From Acidobacteriota bacterium (GTDB lineage Bacteria; Acidobacteriota; UBA6911): 64,000 nucleotides of DNA. Below are positions 1 to 9,862 of this stretch, one piece after another. Within the stretch, counting starts at the first letter, position 1; the number at the start of each line of letters is the position of its first letter. The DNA is taken from positions 54,787 through 118,786 of the forward strand of contig JBBIMP010000011.1 of NCBI GenBank assembly GCA_037444305.1. The letters run 5' to 3'. Both the position numbers and the translations under genes were made by a program. The notes below the pieces were generated by a model that did not search any database, was not told the DNA's origin, and saw only the letters and a list, made by a program, of their open reading frames with translations.

Positions 1-27
1 GCCGGCGGAGCCCCGACCCGCGATCCG

Positions 28-36
28 TGATATACT
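28..36 (+). promoter_or_regulatory. Candidate extended -10 sigma70 promoter
   Basis: TGaTATACT (TGn + TATACT) about 24 bp upstream of ATG60. Confidence 0.4.
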
Positions 37-59
37 GCGGACTCCTGCGCGGGGGAGAA

Positions 60-668
60 ATGCCTGCAAACGGGAAATTTGCACGGAAAGAGCGGGCGCC
101 CAGGGCAGGGTATCGCAAGTCCTTCGACCATCTCCGCGCGGGTCTGACGGGAACCGATCTGGGCATTGGCCTGGCCGCCGCAATTCTGATCTCAGCGCTC
201 CTGCTGGGTTATCGTTTCCAGTTCATTCCTGATATGGTGCTCATTGGAACCCGGATCATGACCTATTTTTGTCAGAAGGCGATGGACACTTTGGACAGCA
301 AGAGGGCTGAGATTGCGGAAGCCGAATTCCGCTATCCCGGGCCCAAGCCGCAATGCAAAGAAGCTGCTATCCTGATGATGGCCGATTCTGTGGAGGCGGC
401 CTCCCGAACCCTCAAAGAACCTTCGGCGGCGCAGATCCGCGGAATGATCGACGGGATCGTGGAGGCAATCGTGGAGGACGATCAGTTCGATGATTGCGAC
501 ATCACGATGAAGGAAATCCGCCTGGCCAAGGAGAGCTTTCTGAAGATTCTGACGGGCGTCTACCACCGCCGCATCGATTACCCGGGCTATGACTTCAAAC
601 TCGTCGGCAGCAAGGAACAAAAAATCGGGACTCCGGGTCCAAGTCCTAAACCGGCAAAGGCGGTATGA
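60..668 (+). pseudogene. Internally deleted 7TM-HD (PgpH/YqfF-like) phosphohydrolase; frame still open
   Basis: One N-terminal TM helix joined directly to the family C-terminal block GTRIMTYF..FRYPGPKPQ.KEAAILMMADSVEAASR..DQFDDCDIT..HRRIDYP; only 202 aa, no HD or HH motif; GGGGGAG RBS; upstream of ybeY as is usual for this family. Confidence 0.65.
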
Positions 669-1092
669 GATTCGGGCTGCCGCGGTGGAGACTGTCTGCC
701 GGGCGACCCTGGAGTCGGCGGATAAGGCGGAGGGCATGCTCACCGTGGTTTTCGTCGGGCCGCGCAAGATGCGGGCACTCAACCGCCGTTATCGGAATAG
801 AGACTGCGCCACCGACGTGCTCAGCTTCTCTTACGGGGAGGAAATTGTGGAGGGGCGACCCTGCCTGGGCGAGGTCGTGATCGCGCCGCACATCGCCTGG
901 GAGAATGCGGAGCAATTCGGCCAGGAACCGGCCTCGGAGGTGGTCCGGCTCCTGGTACACGGGATTCTGCACCTGCTCGGGCACGATCATGAGAGCGACG
1001 GTGGAGAGATGAACCGCATCCAGCGCCGGTTGCTCCGCGCCGTGCGAACGCGTGCCTTCCCAGCGCCTGCGAAGCCGAGGGCAGGACCATGA
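589..1092 (+). CDS. ybeY: rRNA maturation endoribonuclease YbeY
   Basis: LNRRYR..D.ATDVLSF and HGILHLLGHDH motifs; exact start uncertain. Confidence 0.93.
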   Translation: MTSNSSAARNKKSGLRVQVLNRQRRYEIRAAAVETVCRATLESADKAEGMLTVVFVGPRKMRALNRRYRNRDCATDVLSFSYGEEIVEGRPCLGEVVIAPHIAWENAEQFGQEPASEVVRLLVHGILHLLGHDHESDGGEMNRIQRRLLRAVRTRAFPAPAKPRAGP

Positions 1093-2369
1093 CACTCCTG
1101 TACCTGGAACTGCTGGTAGTTGCCTTGTGCCTCGGCGCGCTGCTTTACCTCTCGCTGATCGAATCCGCGGCGGCCCAGTCGAGCCCTCTCAGCCTGAGGA
1201 CGATGCTGGAGAGGGAGGAGCGGGAAGTGCCGGAGCTTCTGCACAAAGCGCTCGAAGACAGGATGGAGTTCCTCATTCCGCTCCATTTCGGCGCGCAGGC
1301 AGCCTTTATCACGGCGATCGTTCTGCTCACGCACATCATACTGACGCGCTGGCCGGTGTGGGGCCTGGCCTACTCCCTGGCGTGCGTTTTCGTGCTCTCT
1401 ATCGTCTTCCGGCAACTCCTCCCCAGGCTGCTGACGCAGAACAATCCCGAATCGAAGCTGGCATCCCTGCTGGCGGCTGCCGGACCGCTGTACGCCGTTC
1501 TCCGGTTTCTCGCCTTCCCGCTCGCGGGCGTCCTCAAAATCTTCAGGGGATTCCACGCGGACCCGAGGCAGGCGGCGGACCCGGAAAGCAGCGAGGCCAC
1601 GGAGGAGGAGATCCAGGCCTACCTGGACATCGGGGAGGATGAGGGGATCATCGAGGAGGAGGACAGCAAGCTGATCCAATCGGTTGTGGAATTCGGCGAC
1701 ACGCTCGTCCGGGAGGTCATGACCCCCAGGACGCTGATTGTGGCCTGCAGCGAGACCGCGTCGATCGGGGAGCTGCGGGACACGATGGTCAATCACCGCC
1801 ACTCCCGCATTCCGATCTATCGGGGCGATATCGACCATATCATAGGAATCGCCTACATCCGGCAGCTCCTGGCCCAGTACACGCAAGGGCGGGAATCGGA
1901 TGCCATTGCGAACCTCATCCAGCCTGCCCTGTTTGTTCCGGAGACCAAGCGTGTTTCCGCCCTGCTGAAGGAACTGCAGGAACGGGGAGGTCATGCGGCA
2001 ATCGTCATCGACGAGTACGGGGGGGTCGCCGGCATGGTGACGCTGGAGGACCTGCTCGAGGAGATAGTCGGGGAAATCCGCGATGAGGATCAGGCCAAGA
2101 TCAGCGAGATCGTGGAGGAAGGACCCCGGAGTTTCGTCTTTCGCGGCAGCACGGAGCTTTACCGCCTCGAAGAGCTGGCCGGCAGGAAGTTCGACGGGAT
2201 CGAAGCCTCAACCGTGGCCGGGCTGATAACCGCGTTCCTGGGCAGGGTTCCCTCCCCGGGCGAGGAGTTCGACCTGGAGGGGCTGCGCATCCAAGTGCTC
2301 GATGCCGACCGCAAGCGGGTGCGCAGGGTCCGTTTCCAGTTCCCGTCCCCCGCCGCACCGCCGGAGTAG
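1089..2369 (+). CDS. Hemolysin/CorC (CNNM + CBS pair + CorC_HlyC) family Mg/Co transport protein
   Basis: N-terminal TM helices, VREVMTPR, HSRIPIY, AIVIDEYGGVAGMVTLEDLLEEIVGEIRDE. Confidence 0.9.
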   Translation: MTLLYLELLVVALCLGALLYLSLIESAAAQSSPLSLRTMLEREEREVPELLHKALEDRMEFLIPLHFGAQAAFITAIVLLTHIILTRWPVWGLAYSLACVFVLSIVFRQLLPRLLTQNNPESKLASLLAAAGPLYAVLRFLAFPLAGVLKIFRGFHADPRQAADPESSEATEEEIQAYLDIGEDEGIIEEEDSKLIQSVVEFGDTLVREVMTPRTLIVACSETASIGELRDTMVNHRHSRIPIYRGDIDHIIGIAYIRQLLAQYTQGRESDAIANLIQPALFVPETKRVSALLKELQERGGHAAIVIDEYGGVAGMVTLEDLLEEIVGEIRDEDQAKISEIVEEGPRSFVFRGSTELYRLEELAGRKFDGIEASTVAGLITAFLGRVPSPGEEFDLEGLRIQVLDADRKRVRRVRFQFPSPAAPPE

Positions 2370-2376
2370 GTCACGC

Positions 2377-3564
2377 ATGCGCGCCTCCGACCACCGCTTC
2401 ATGCGGCTCGCGATCAGCCTGGGAAAGAAGGGCATCGGTCTGGCCAGCCCGAATCCGCCGGTGGGTTGCGTGATCGTACGCGACGGGCAGGTAATCGGGC
2501 GAGGCTGGCACGATTACTCTGCCGTGGCGCATGCGGAAACCGTTGCGTTGCGCGAGGCTGGGCGACCTGCCCGCGGGGCCACTGCCTACGTGACGCTCGA
2601 GCCCTGCTCCCACCAGGGACGCACGCCCCCCTGCGCCAGAGCGCTGGTCGATGCGGGGATTCGGAGGGTTTGCGCGGCCATGACCGATCCCAGCGCCAAG
2701 GTCGCCGGCAGGGGGCTGGACTACCTGCGCTTCCGAGGTGTGGAGGTGCAGGCAGGGCTTCTGGCGGAAGAGGCCGCTCCCCTGATCGAGCCCTTCGCCT
2801 GCCACTCCCGAACGGGGAGGCCGCTGGTGGTGGCAAAGGCGGGCATGTCGCTCGACGGCCGGATCGCCACGGCGGTCAAGGCCGGGGTGCGTATCACCGG
2901 CGAGGAAGCCAATCGCCTGACCCACTCTCTGCGACTGCAAATGGATGCGATACTGGTGGGAATCGAAACGGTCCTGTCCGATGATCCCGAGCTCACCTAC
3001 CGCGGAGATGAGCCCAAAGGACGGCCCCTGCTGCGGGTGGTCCTGGACAGCCGCCTGCGCATGCCTGCGGGATGCCGCCTCGCAAAGGGCGCATCGGAAG
3101 GGCCGGTAATCGTCTTCTGCGGCACCGCGGCGCCGGCGGCCGGGCGGCGAAGGCTGGAAAAGGCGGGCGTCGAGGTAATCCCTGTCGGCAAGAGGCGGGG
3201 GCGTCTCGATCCTCTGCGAATCCTGAAGGTGCTCGGGCAGAGGGACGTGCTGGGCCTCCTCGTCGAAGGCGGGGGCGAGATCCACTGGTCTTTCCTGGAG
3301 GAACGGCTGGTGGACAAATTCTATTTCATGATTGCGCCGGTCATCCTGGGCGGCGGAAAAGCCACCTCGGCCGTCGGTGGGAAAGGCTACCCTCGGATAG
3401 AATCCGCGCCGAGGTTCGCCATCTCGCGGGTATCCAAATTGGGATCCGATCTCGTGCTGGAGGCGTATCCGTCCTATTCGAAATCTATCCTCTCCCCGTG
3501 GCAAGCGTCAGGAGTTCCTCCATCCGTCGGGCAAGGCTCCTCGCAGTCATCAGCGACGAGATAA
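2377..3564 (+). CDS. ribD: Bifunctional riboflavin biosynthesis deaminase/reductase RibD
   Basis: PNPPVGCVIV, HAE, TLEPCSHQGRTPPC, SLDGRIA, LVEGGG motifs; ATG2377 follows the upstream stop. Confidence 0.95.
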   Translation: MRASDHRFMRLAISLGKKGIGLASPNPPVGCVIVRDGQVIGRGWHDYSAVAHAETVALREAGRPARGATAYVTLEPCSHQGRTPPCARALVDAGIRRVCAAMTDPSAKVAGRGLDYLRFRGVEVQAGLLAEEAAPLIEPFACHSRTGRPLVVAKAGMSLDGRIATAVKAGVRITGEEANRLTHSLRLQMDAILVGIETVLSDDPELTYRGDEPKGRPLLRVVLDSRLRMPAGCRLAKGASEGPVIVFCGTAAPAAGRRRLEKAGVEVIPVGKRRGRLDPLRILKVLGQRDVLGLLVEGGGEIHWSFLEERLVDKFYFMIAPVILGGGKATSAVGGKGYPRIESAPRFAISRVSKLGSDLVLEAYPSYSKSILSPWQASGVPPSVGQGSSQSSATR

Positions 3565-4117
3565 TCGCGGCGCTGGCAGCGCCCGCAGCCAGAACTGCGG
3601 GAAGGTTTGGGGCGCCGATTCCGCCGATGGCCACGACCGGATGCGGGCTTTCACGGCATGCCCTCGAGAGATTGTCCAACCCTGTTGCGGGGGTGGGAGC
3701 GTCTTTGGACGAGGTTGGGAAAACGGGCCCAAATCCCAGGTACTCAACCGGAAGATCCCGCGCCTTTCTTACCTGGTGGAGCGAGTGCGTCGAGAAGCCG
3801 ATGATGCGGCCGGGACCGAGGACCGACCTCGCAGCCGCCGGGGGAAGATCGTCCTGCCCCAGGTGGACACCGGCGGCCTTGCTGCAAAGTGTCAGGTCGC
3901 ACCGGTCATTGACGATCAGGCAGATTCCGCGCGCCACCGCATAGTCGACGCAGCGGCGGATGTCCTGGAGCAGTTCCCCCACGGGCGTTTCCTTGTCCCT
4001 GATCTGGACGAGGGTTGCGCCGCCCCTGGCGAGTTCCCGGAGGATCTCCAGGTGACTCCGGCGCCCGGAGAGCGCTTTGTCGGTGATCGGATAGACCGGG
4101 GGGAGTGTGAAGGGCAT
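3485..4117 (-). CDS. thiE: Thiamine phosphate synthase
   Basis: VQIRDK, LIVNDR, GVHLGQDD, GFSTHS, GPVFPTSSK, VAIGGI. Confidence 0.93.
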   Translation of the reverse strand: MPFTLPPVYPITDKALSGRRSHLEILRELARGGATLVQIRDKETPVGELLQDIRRCVDYAVARGICLIVNDRCDLTLCSKAAGVHLGQDDLPPAAARSVLGPGRIIGFSTHSLHQVRKARDLPVEYLGFGPVFPTSSKDAPTPATGLDNLSRACRESPHPVVAIGGIGAPNLPAVLAAGAASAAIISSLMTARSLARRMEELLTLATGRG

Positions 4118-4122
4118 CGGGG

Positions 4123-5463
4123 CTAGGACCGGCGGAAATGCTCCAGGAACCGCGTCGTCATCCTGCCGGCGCGGAAATCGGGATCGCGCAGGATTGCCTG
4201 GTGCAGGCGAATCGTGGTTTTCACCCCCTCCACCACTGTCATTTCGAGTGCCCGCTGCATCCGGTTGATGGTCTCTTCGCGGGTCCGGGCATTCGTGATC
4301 AGCTTTGCCACCAGCGAGTCGTAGTGCGGCGTGATCATGTACTCGCTATAGGCGGCGGTGTCGATGCGTACCCCGAAACCCGAAGGGGGATGAAAAGCCG
4401 TGATCCTGCCCGGAGACGGCAGGTAGGTGTCCGGGCACTCGGCGTTGATGCGGCATTCCATAGAATGGCCGCGGAATACGATGTCTTCCTGACGGTAACC
4501 CAGTTGCTCGCCCGCCGCGATCCTGATCTGCTCCTTGACCAGGTCGATGCCCGTGATCATCTCCGTCACCGGGTGTTCCACCTGTATCCGTGTGTTCATC
4601 TCCATGAAATAATACTTGCCCTTGTCATCAAAGATGAACTCCAGCGTGCCGGCATTGGCGTAGTTGACGCTGCGGACCGCTTCGACCGCCCTCCTGCCGA
4701 CTTCATCCCGCATCTGGGGAGTCAGAAACGGTGAGGGCGCTTCCTCGATGAGTTTTTGATACCGGCGCTGGATGGAGCACTCACGTTCGCCCAGATGGAC
4801 CACATTCCCATAGTTGTCTGCCAGCATCTGAAACTCAATGTGCCTGGCTGCCGGCAGGTATTTCTCCAGGTAGACCTCGGAGGAGCCGAAGGCGGCAAGG
4901 GCTTCGTTTTGAGCTATTTCCAGAGCCATCGGCAGTTCGGATTGGGAATTGACGATCCGCATTCCTTTTCCACCGCCGCCCGCCGCAGCCTTGAGAATCA
5001 GCGGGTAGCCGATCTCTTCACACACCGGGACGAGATCTGCCGGCGGGCCGCTGATCTTCCCTGTTCCTGGAATAATGGGCAGCCCGGTCTCCTTCATCGT
5101 AGTGCGGGCGACGTCCTTATCTCCCATCAGCCTTATGACTTCCGGGGAAGGACCGATGAAGGTGAGGCCGCAGGCCTCGCACACGGTCGCGAAGTGAGCG
5201 CTTTCTGCCAGGAAACCGTAACCCGGGTGGATCGCGTCGGCGTTGGTGATCTCCGCAGCGCTGATCACGGCCTCGATGTTCAGATAGCTGTCGCGGCTCG
5301 GCGGCGGCCCAATGCAGATGGCCTCATCGGCAAAACGCACATGCAGAGAATTCTGATCGGCCTGGGAGTATATCGCGACTGTGGGAATGCCGAGCTCTTT
5401 ACAGGCACAGATGATCCGGAGGGCTATTTCACCCCGGTTGGCAATGAGGATTTTATTGAACAT
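4123..5463 (-). CDS. accC: Acetyl-CoA carboxylase biotin carboxylase subunit
   Basis: [43 protein letters not shown]. Confidence 0.97.
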   Translation of the reverse strand: MFNKILIANRGEIALRIICACKELGIPTVAIYSQADQNSLHVRFADEAICIGPPPSRDSYLNIEAVISAAEITNADAIHPGYGFLAESAHFATVCEACGLTFIGPSPEVIRLMGDKDVARTTMKETGLPIIPGTGKISGPPADLVPVCEEIGYPLILKAAAGGGGKGMRIVNSQSELPMALEIAQNEALAAFGSSEVYLEKYLPAARHIEFQMLADNYGNVVHLGERECSIQRRYQKLIEEAPSPFLTPQMRDEVGRRAVEAVRSVNYANAGTLEFIFDDKGKYYFMEMNTRIQVEHPVTEMITGIDLVKEQIRIAAGEQLGYRQEDIVFRGHSMECRINAECPDTYLPSPGRITAFHPPSGFGVRIDTAAYSEYMITPHYDSLVAKLITNARTREETINRMQRALEMTVVEGVKTTIRLHQAILRDPDFRAGRMTTRFLEHFRRS

Positions 5464-5478
5464 AGGGCCTTCTGCCGC

Positions 5479-5967
5479 CTACCTGCGGAGGATGATGCCG
5501 AACAGCTTCTGCCCGTACTCAACCGGCTGTCCGTTCTCGACGTATATGCGCGCGACTTCGCCCGCAATGTCGGAGGGAATCTCGTTCATGAGCTTCATGG
5601 CTTCCACGATGCAGAGGATTGTGCCCTCCTCGACCAGAGAGCCGATCTTGACGAAGTACTCTGTTCCCGGCGCCGGTGTTCTATAGAAGGTGCCCACGAT
5701 GGGTGATGTGATGACGTGAAGGTTCTCGTCCTTCTCCTCGGAAATCCCCGCGACCGGTGGTGCAAGCAGTGGTGCCACGGCCGGGCCCGCTACGGGTGGG
5801 ATCAGGGTTGCCGAAACCTGTGTCGGCTGGGTTGCGAGCGGAGCTTCCTCCTTCGCCGAAAACCCTCTCTTGATTTTGACCCTGGTGCCGGTGTGCTCCA
5901 GCTCGAAGCTGGAGATGTCGCTTTGCAGGATCTCCTGTATCAGATCTTTGACCTCTTTGATGTTCAT
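5479..5967 (-). CDS. accB: Acetyl-CoA carboxylase biotin carboxyl carrier protein
   Basis: EAMKLMN biotinylation motif, SPIVGTFY; start MNIKEVKDLI at 5967. Confidence 0.95.
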   Translation of the reverse strand: MNIKEVKDLIQEILQSDISSFELEHTGTRVKIKRGFSAKEEAPLATQPTQVSATLIPPVAGPAVAPLLAPPVAGISEEKDENLHVITSPIVGTFYRTPAPGTEYFVKIGSLVEEGTILCIVEAMKLMNEIPSDIAGEVARIYVENGQPVEYGQKLFGIILRR

Positions 5968-6211
5968 AGTCGATTTGTTGCGTCCCGTGATTAGATTTCG
6001 GTGCAGCCGGCCTCCGTTGGCCGTCTCTGCGGCGGCCCCCGGCTCATCCAAAAGCGCAATAATACCAGCAATCGGATCGGCGGTCATGCGATTCCTGCCG
6101 GCGCGCACGGGACCGACCGCGCGCGGCAGGGGGAAGATGGACGGCGGGACCGGCGGTGCGCCCGGACTGGAGGTTGTGTTCCGGGGGACTATGGATGCAG
6201 ACCTTGCGGTC

Positions 6212-6571
6212 TCAGAAGGCGAGCTCGACCTGGATTTCCTGCCGAGCCCGCGAGATCTCGAAGAGGGCCTGTCCCGCGTGGGCCTCGTGTTCCAGCAGCA
6301 TCAGGAGGAAATAGTCCGGCACAATCGTCTCCAAGAGGAGTTTTCCTTTTTCGGTAACGAGAATTGCAGCCTGCATGCTTCCGATCCCGGCGTTCGCCGA
6401 AGCTTTGCCGCAGGTTTTCAGGACGGCGGCAAATTCCGCCGCCAGCAGGTCGTCGCAATCCCTGCCGGCGGCGGTGTGCGCTTCCAGGAGGACGCCGTCC
6501 GTCCCTGCCAGGATGACCCCGACCGTTCCCGGGACGCGGTCGGCCAGATTCCTCAGGAGGGTTTGGAACAT
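6212..6571 (-). CDS. Roadblock/LC7 domain protein (MglB/MglC-like)
   Basis: 119 aa, VPGTVGVILAGTDGVLL pattern typical of roadblock/LC7; directly after pilQ. Confidence 0.75.
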   Translation of the reverse strand: MFQTLLRNLADRVPGTVGVILAGTDGVLLEAHTAAGRDCDDLLAAEFAAVLKTCGKASANAGIGSMQAAILVTEKGKLLLETIVPDYFLLMLLEHEAHAGQALFEISRARQEIQVELAF

Positions 6572-6577
6572 CTCGGC

Positions 6578-8749
6578 CTATTTCACAATCCTCGGGGTTA
6601 TGAAAAACAGGACTTCCTGGGTTGTATTGTACACCGAGGAACGCTTGAACAGGTTGCCGACGATCGGGAGGGAGGCCAGGCCCGGAACCCGGTCTTCCTG
6701 GGACTGCTCGCTCTCGATCAGGATGCCGCCTATGACGGTGGTGCCGCCATCGGTCACCAGGACACGGGTGGCGGATTCACTCGTCCGAATCGAGGGGATG
6801 CCGTTGACCGACCTCGAGAAATCCGGCGTGTTGTTCTCCACCCTGAGGTCCAGGACTATGTTGCCTTCATAGGTGATCTGCGGAACCACACGCAGCGTCA
6901 GAGCGGCGTTCTGGAACTGGATGGTCACGGTGTTATTGGCGATGATCTGGACCGGAAACCTCAATCCCTGCGTGATCGTGGCCTCGCTGTTGTTCTGGGC
7001 CGTGACTTTGGGCTGGGAGATCAACTTGGCCAGGCCTTTGGATTCCCCTGCCGTGATGGCCGTATCGAGAAGGAAGGTGTCAAAAATGTTGCCGATGGAG
7101 AGCCCTACTCCGCCGAAGGCCTTTGAGGCCGGCAGGTTGACATTGAAATTTCCCCTGTCGTTCTCCGAGGTGCCGGTGCTGATGCTGGCCGATTCGGTGG
7201 AACTGCTTTCGGAGGCGCCGCGGCCCGTAAGGGGATTCCCCGTGGCATAGGTATTTTTCGGCGTGGCCGACGGCCGCGATCCGCCGATGGTGCCGAAGGT
7301 GTTAGGGCCGCCTACGGTCACTCGATCCAGATTGCCCTGCACGAATCCGAACTGGATACCCAGGTCGCGTGCGAAATCGCGGGTGGCGGAAACGATCCGG
7401 GCCTCGATCTCGACCTGGGGTTGGGGTATATCCAGAGTCTCCACCAGGGCGAGTATCTTGTCTACAGTCGCCGGAATGTCCGTTATGACGAGGGAGTTGG
7501 TGCGCTCATCCACCACCAGGGTTCCCCGGACCGTCATCTGATCCTTCAGCGGGCTGATCACTTCCGCGGCTTTCGCGTAGTTGAGACGCTTGACGCGGGT
7601 GTCGACGTCGGCTGCCAGCAGATTGGCTTTCTTCAGATCTTCGCTCTGCTTGGCTTCCTTCTGAAGCGTGGCCTTTTGGGCGATCCGGATCAGGTTGCCC
7701 TCCACTTTTTTGTCGAGGCCATTGTTGGTCAGAGCTGCCTCAAATATCTGATCCCAGGGCACTTTTACTACCTTGATCGACAGGGTGCCCTTGATTTCCG
7801 GATCCATGACGATATTTACGCCGCCCTCTTCCGCCATCAGGCGGAAGAAGTCCACCAGGGAAATGTTGACCAGGTCGAGCGTCAGCGGATGCCCGCCATA
7901 CTGCGAACTCGCGGAGCCTTTCATGGCGATGAGCGAAGGGGAGGGGAGTTCGGCCGCTGCGGGCGGCAGCGACACTACCGGCGATCCAGGCCTCGGTGCG
8001 GGGGCGGATTTGACCGGCGCCGCTTCCGCGGTTTTGGCGCCTTTGAGGGCGCTTTGCGGTATTTCCGCCGCCGACAGGTCGCTGATTACGGGCACCGTGG
8101 CCCTGGAGGGGATCTGAGCAGCTGCCGGGATTGTTCTGGGCGCCTGGCTTGGAGCACCGGCGGTGCTCAGGCTCCTGCTGCTCTCGGCCGGGTGGCTGGT
8201 GTGGCTGGAATTGAACACCAGGCTGAACTTGTCCGTTCCATGGACAACCCTGTGCTCGCCATGTCCCGCTTCGAGATCTATGACCATCCGGGCAATCTTC
8301 GGTTCGGAGTTCTGAAACTGGCGGACACGCACCTGTTTGACCGCGGCATCCTCCACCGGAAGATTCAGCACCGGGATTCGGTTTTCCACGTTCAGAAAGT
8401 CGATCACCAGCCGGGGAGGATTCTCGAGCATGAATTCCTGGTGGGTTACCGGACCGCTTGTGGACACGGCGATGACGAGATTCCCGCCCTCCTTCGAGGT
8501 GGAGACGCCGCTGATGTATGCGTGCGGGGCCTGCAGGGCCTTGCTCGACAGCGAATCGGCGTAGGGGAGCGCCGCCGGGCCTGGAAATTCCGAAGCAACG
8601 GCGGTTTTGCCGGGCAGTGTGGATCTCTGTGAGGGGATGTCCTGGGCGAAGCCGGACATGCCCAGAGAGGTCAGGAGCAGCAGGAGCGTCATCCCCGCCC
8701 TCGCCTGTGATTTCACAAAGTCTCTGTTTTCAGCGAATCGCATTGTCAT
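6578..8749 (-). CDS. pilQ: Type IV pilus secretin PilQ (AMIN + secretin)
   Basis: LENPPRLVIDF AMIN-like motif, VPWDQ, DERTNSL, QVEIEARIV, VPGLASLPIVGNLFK, FITPRIV. Confidence 0.95.
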   Translation of the reverse strand: MTMRFAENRDFVKSQARAGMTLLLLLTSLGMSGFAQDIPSQRSTLPGKTAVASEFPGPAALPYADSLSSKALQAPHAYISGVSTSKEGGNLVIAVSTSGPVTHQEFMLENPPRLVIDFLNVENRIPVLNLPVEDAAVKQVRVRQFQNSEPKIARMVIDLEAGHGEHRVVHGTDKFSLVFNSSHTSHPAESSRSLSTAGAPSQAPRTIPAAAQIPSRATVPVISDLSAAEIPQSALKGAKTAEAAPVKSAPAPRPGSPVVSLPPAAAELPSPSLIAMKGSASSQYGGHPLTLDLVNISLVDFFRLMAEEGGVNIVMDPEIKGTLSIKVVKVPWDQIFEAALTNNGLDKKVEGNLIRIAQKATLQKEAKQSEDLKKANLLAADVDTRVKRLNYAKAAEVISPLKDQMTVRGTLVVDERTNSLVITDIPATVDKILALVETLDIPQPQVEIEARIVSATRDFARDLGIQFGFVQGNLDRVTVGGPNTFGTIGGSRPSATPKNTYATGNPLTGRGASESSSTESASISTGTSENDRGNFNVNLPASKAFGGVGLSIGNIFDTFLLDTAITAGESKGLAKLISQPKVTAQNNSEATITQGLRFPVQIIANNTVTIQFQNAALTLRVVPQITYEGNIVLDLRVENNTPDFSRSVNGIPSIRTSESATRVLVTDGGTTVIGGILIESEQSQEDRVPGLASLPIVGNLFKRSSVYNTTQEVLFFITPRIVK

Positions 8750-8760
8750 GGTTGCCAGTC

Positions 8761-9267
8761 CTATGGAGTTCTGAGGTGCTTGGTGACTTCCTGAGTCACG
8801 AGCTTCCCAGACTTGAGCTTTGTTTCCCTGGTCAGAACCGCGGAATCAACAGTTATGGATTTGAGGAATCCGTCGAACAGCCTGTCTCCCTCCCTCAGGA
8901 AATAGACCCGCTGATCGGTGCCGCGGAATACGGCCGTCCGAGCCTGATCGCTCACGGATGTTCCGAGGAGGTTTACCTGGGCAATGTACATGCCCGCTAT
9001 CCCGGGAGGGGCTGGTCCGCGCGGCGCTTCCGCGTTCAGGTCCTCCTCCCTGGACTTCAGGAGCAGCGGATTCAGGAATGGATCCCTCCGGTTCACGGGT
9101 TCATACCTGACTCCCTGGTACTGCGGCGGCTTGGGCGGTGACTGCGCGTCCCGAACGGAAGCTTCCACCTGCGGACCGCCCGTTTGTCCGATTGCCGCCT
9201 GGGCGGCAAGCAGAATCACCCCGCACGCTGTTAGCCATTTTAGAAGCGAATGTCTGGACATGGTCAT
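8761..9267 (-). CDS. pilP: Type IV pilus assembly protein PilP-like
   Basis: Signal peptide, RRDPF motif, position between pilO and pilQ. Confidence 0.75.
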   Translation of the reverse strand: MTMSRHSLLKWLTACGVILLAAQAAIGQTGGPQVEASVRDAQSPPKPPQYQGVRYEPVNRRDPFLNPLLLKSREEDLNAEAPRGPAPPGIAGMYIAQVNLLGTSVSDQARTAVFRGTDQRVYFLREGDRLFDGFLKSITVDSAVLTRETKLKSGKLVTQEVTKHLRTP

Positions 9268-9268
9268 T

Positions 9269-9859
9269 TCAATTCCCGGGTTGCGGCGGCTGTTCTTCCC
9301 GATATACGAAGGTCGTCGCCTTGCAGTTGGAGATCAGCGTCCGGTTGGAATCGGTGGAGCCCTCGATCCCCTTCATGTTGATATTGTCCACGTTGATGAT
9401 CCGGGCATAGCGGCCGATCTTCTCGAAGAAGGCGCCCAGCGAGTTGTACGATCCCTGGACCTCGATCTCGATGGGCCAGTCGGAGTAGAACGCCTTCGGC
9501 ACCACCGGCTGAGGGTTGAACTTAATGATCTTGAGGTTCGAAGATGCCGCCATCTCCTGCACGTTCCGCATCACCTTCGGCGTCTCCTTCTGGTCGGGAA
9601 GGATGGAACGGAGCTGGACCAGTCGAGCGTCCAGGCGGGCGAGCTCCTGCTTGAATTTTTCGAGCTGCGTCTGTACCGCCGTCGCCTCCATGACGGATAT
9701 CTCCAGGCGCTTGATCTCGCCCTCGAACCTGCTTTTGGAGGCCAGGAGGTCTTTATAAATCAGCATATAGGCGGCGACGACGAATCCGATCCCGAGGAGC
9801 GCAAACAGGAGAACCTGCGTCGAACGGGGTTGGTTTTCCAGCTTCAGGTCGAGAGGCAT
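9269..9859 (-). CDS. pilO: Type IV pilus assembly protein PilO
   Basis: Single TM, coiled coil, LP..KE.P, FY...PI.I.V.GSY..LG.FF, RIINV. Confidence 0.9.
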   Translation of the reverse strand: MPLDLKLENQPRSTQVLLFALLGIGFVVAAYMLIYKDLLASKSRFEGEIKRLEISVMEATAVQTQLEKFKQELARLDARLVQLRSILPDQKETPKVMRNVQEMAASSNLKIIKFNPQPVVPKAFYSDWPIEIEVQGSYNSLGAFFEKIGRYARIINVDNINMKGIEGSTDSNRTLISNCKATTFVYREEQPPQPGN

Positions 9860-9862
9860 TTT

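Noticed and set aside
5968-6108. 47-codon N-terminal extension of accB
   Set aside because: BCCP-like sequence starts at MNIKE; the extension has no family features.
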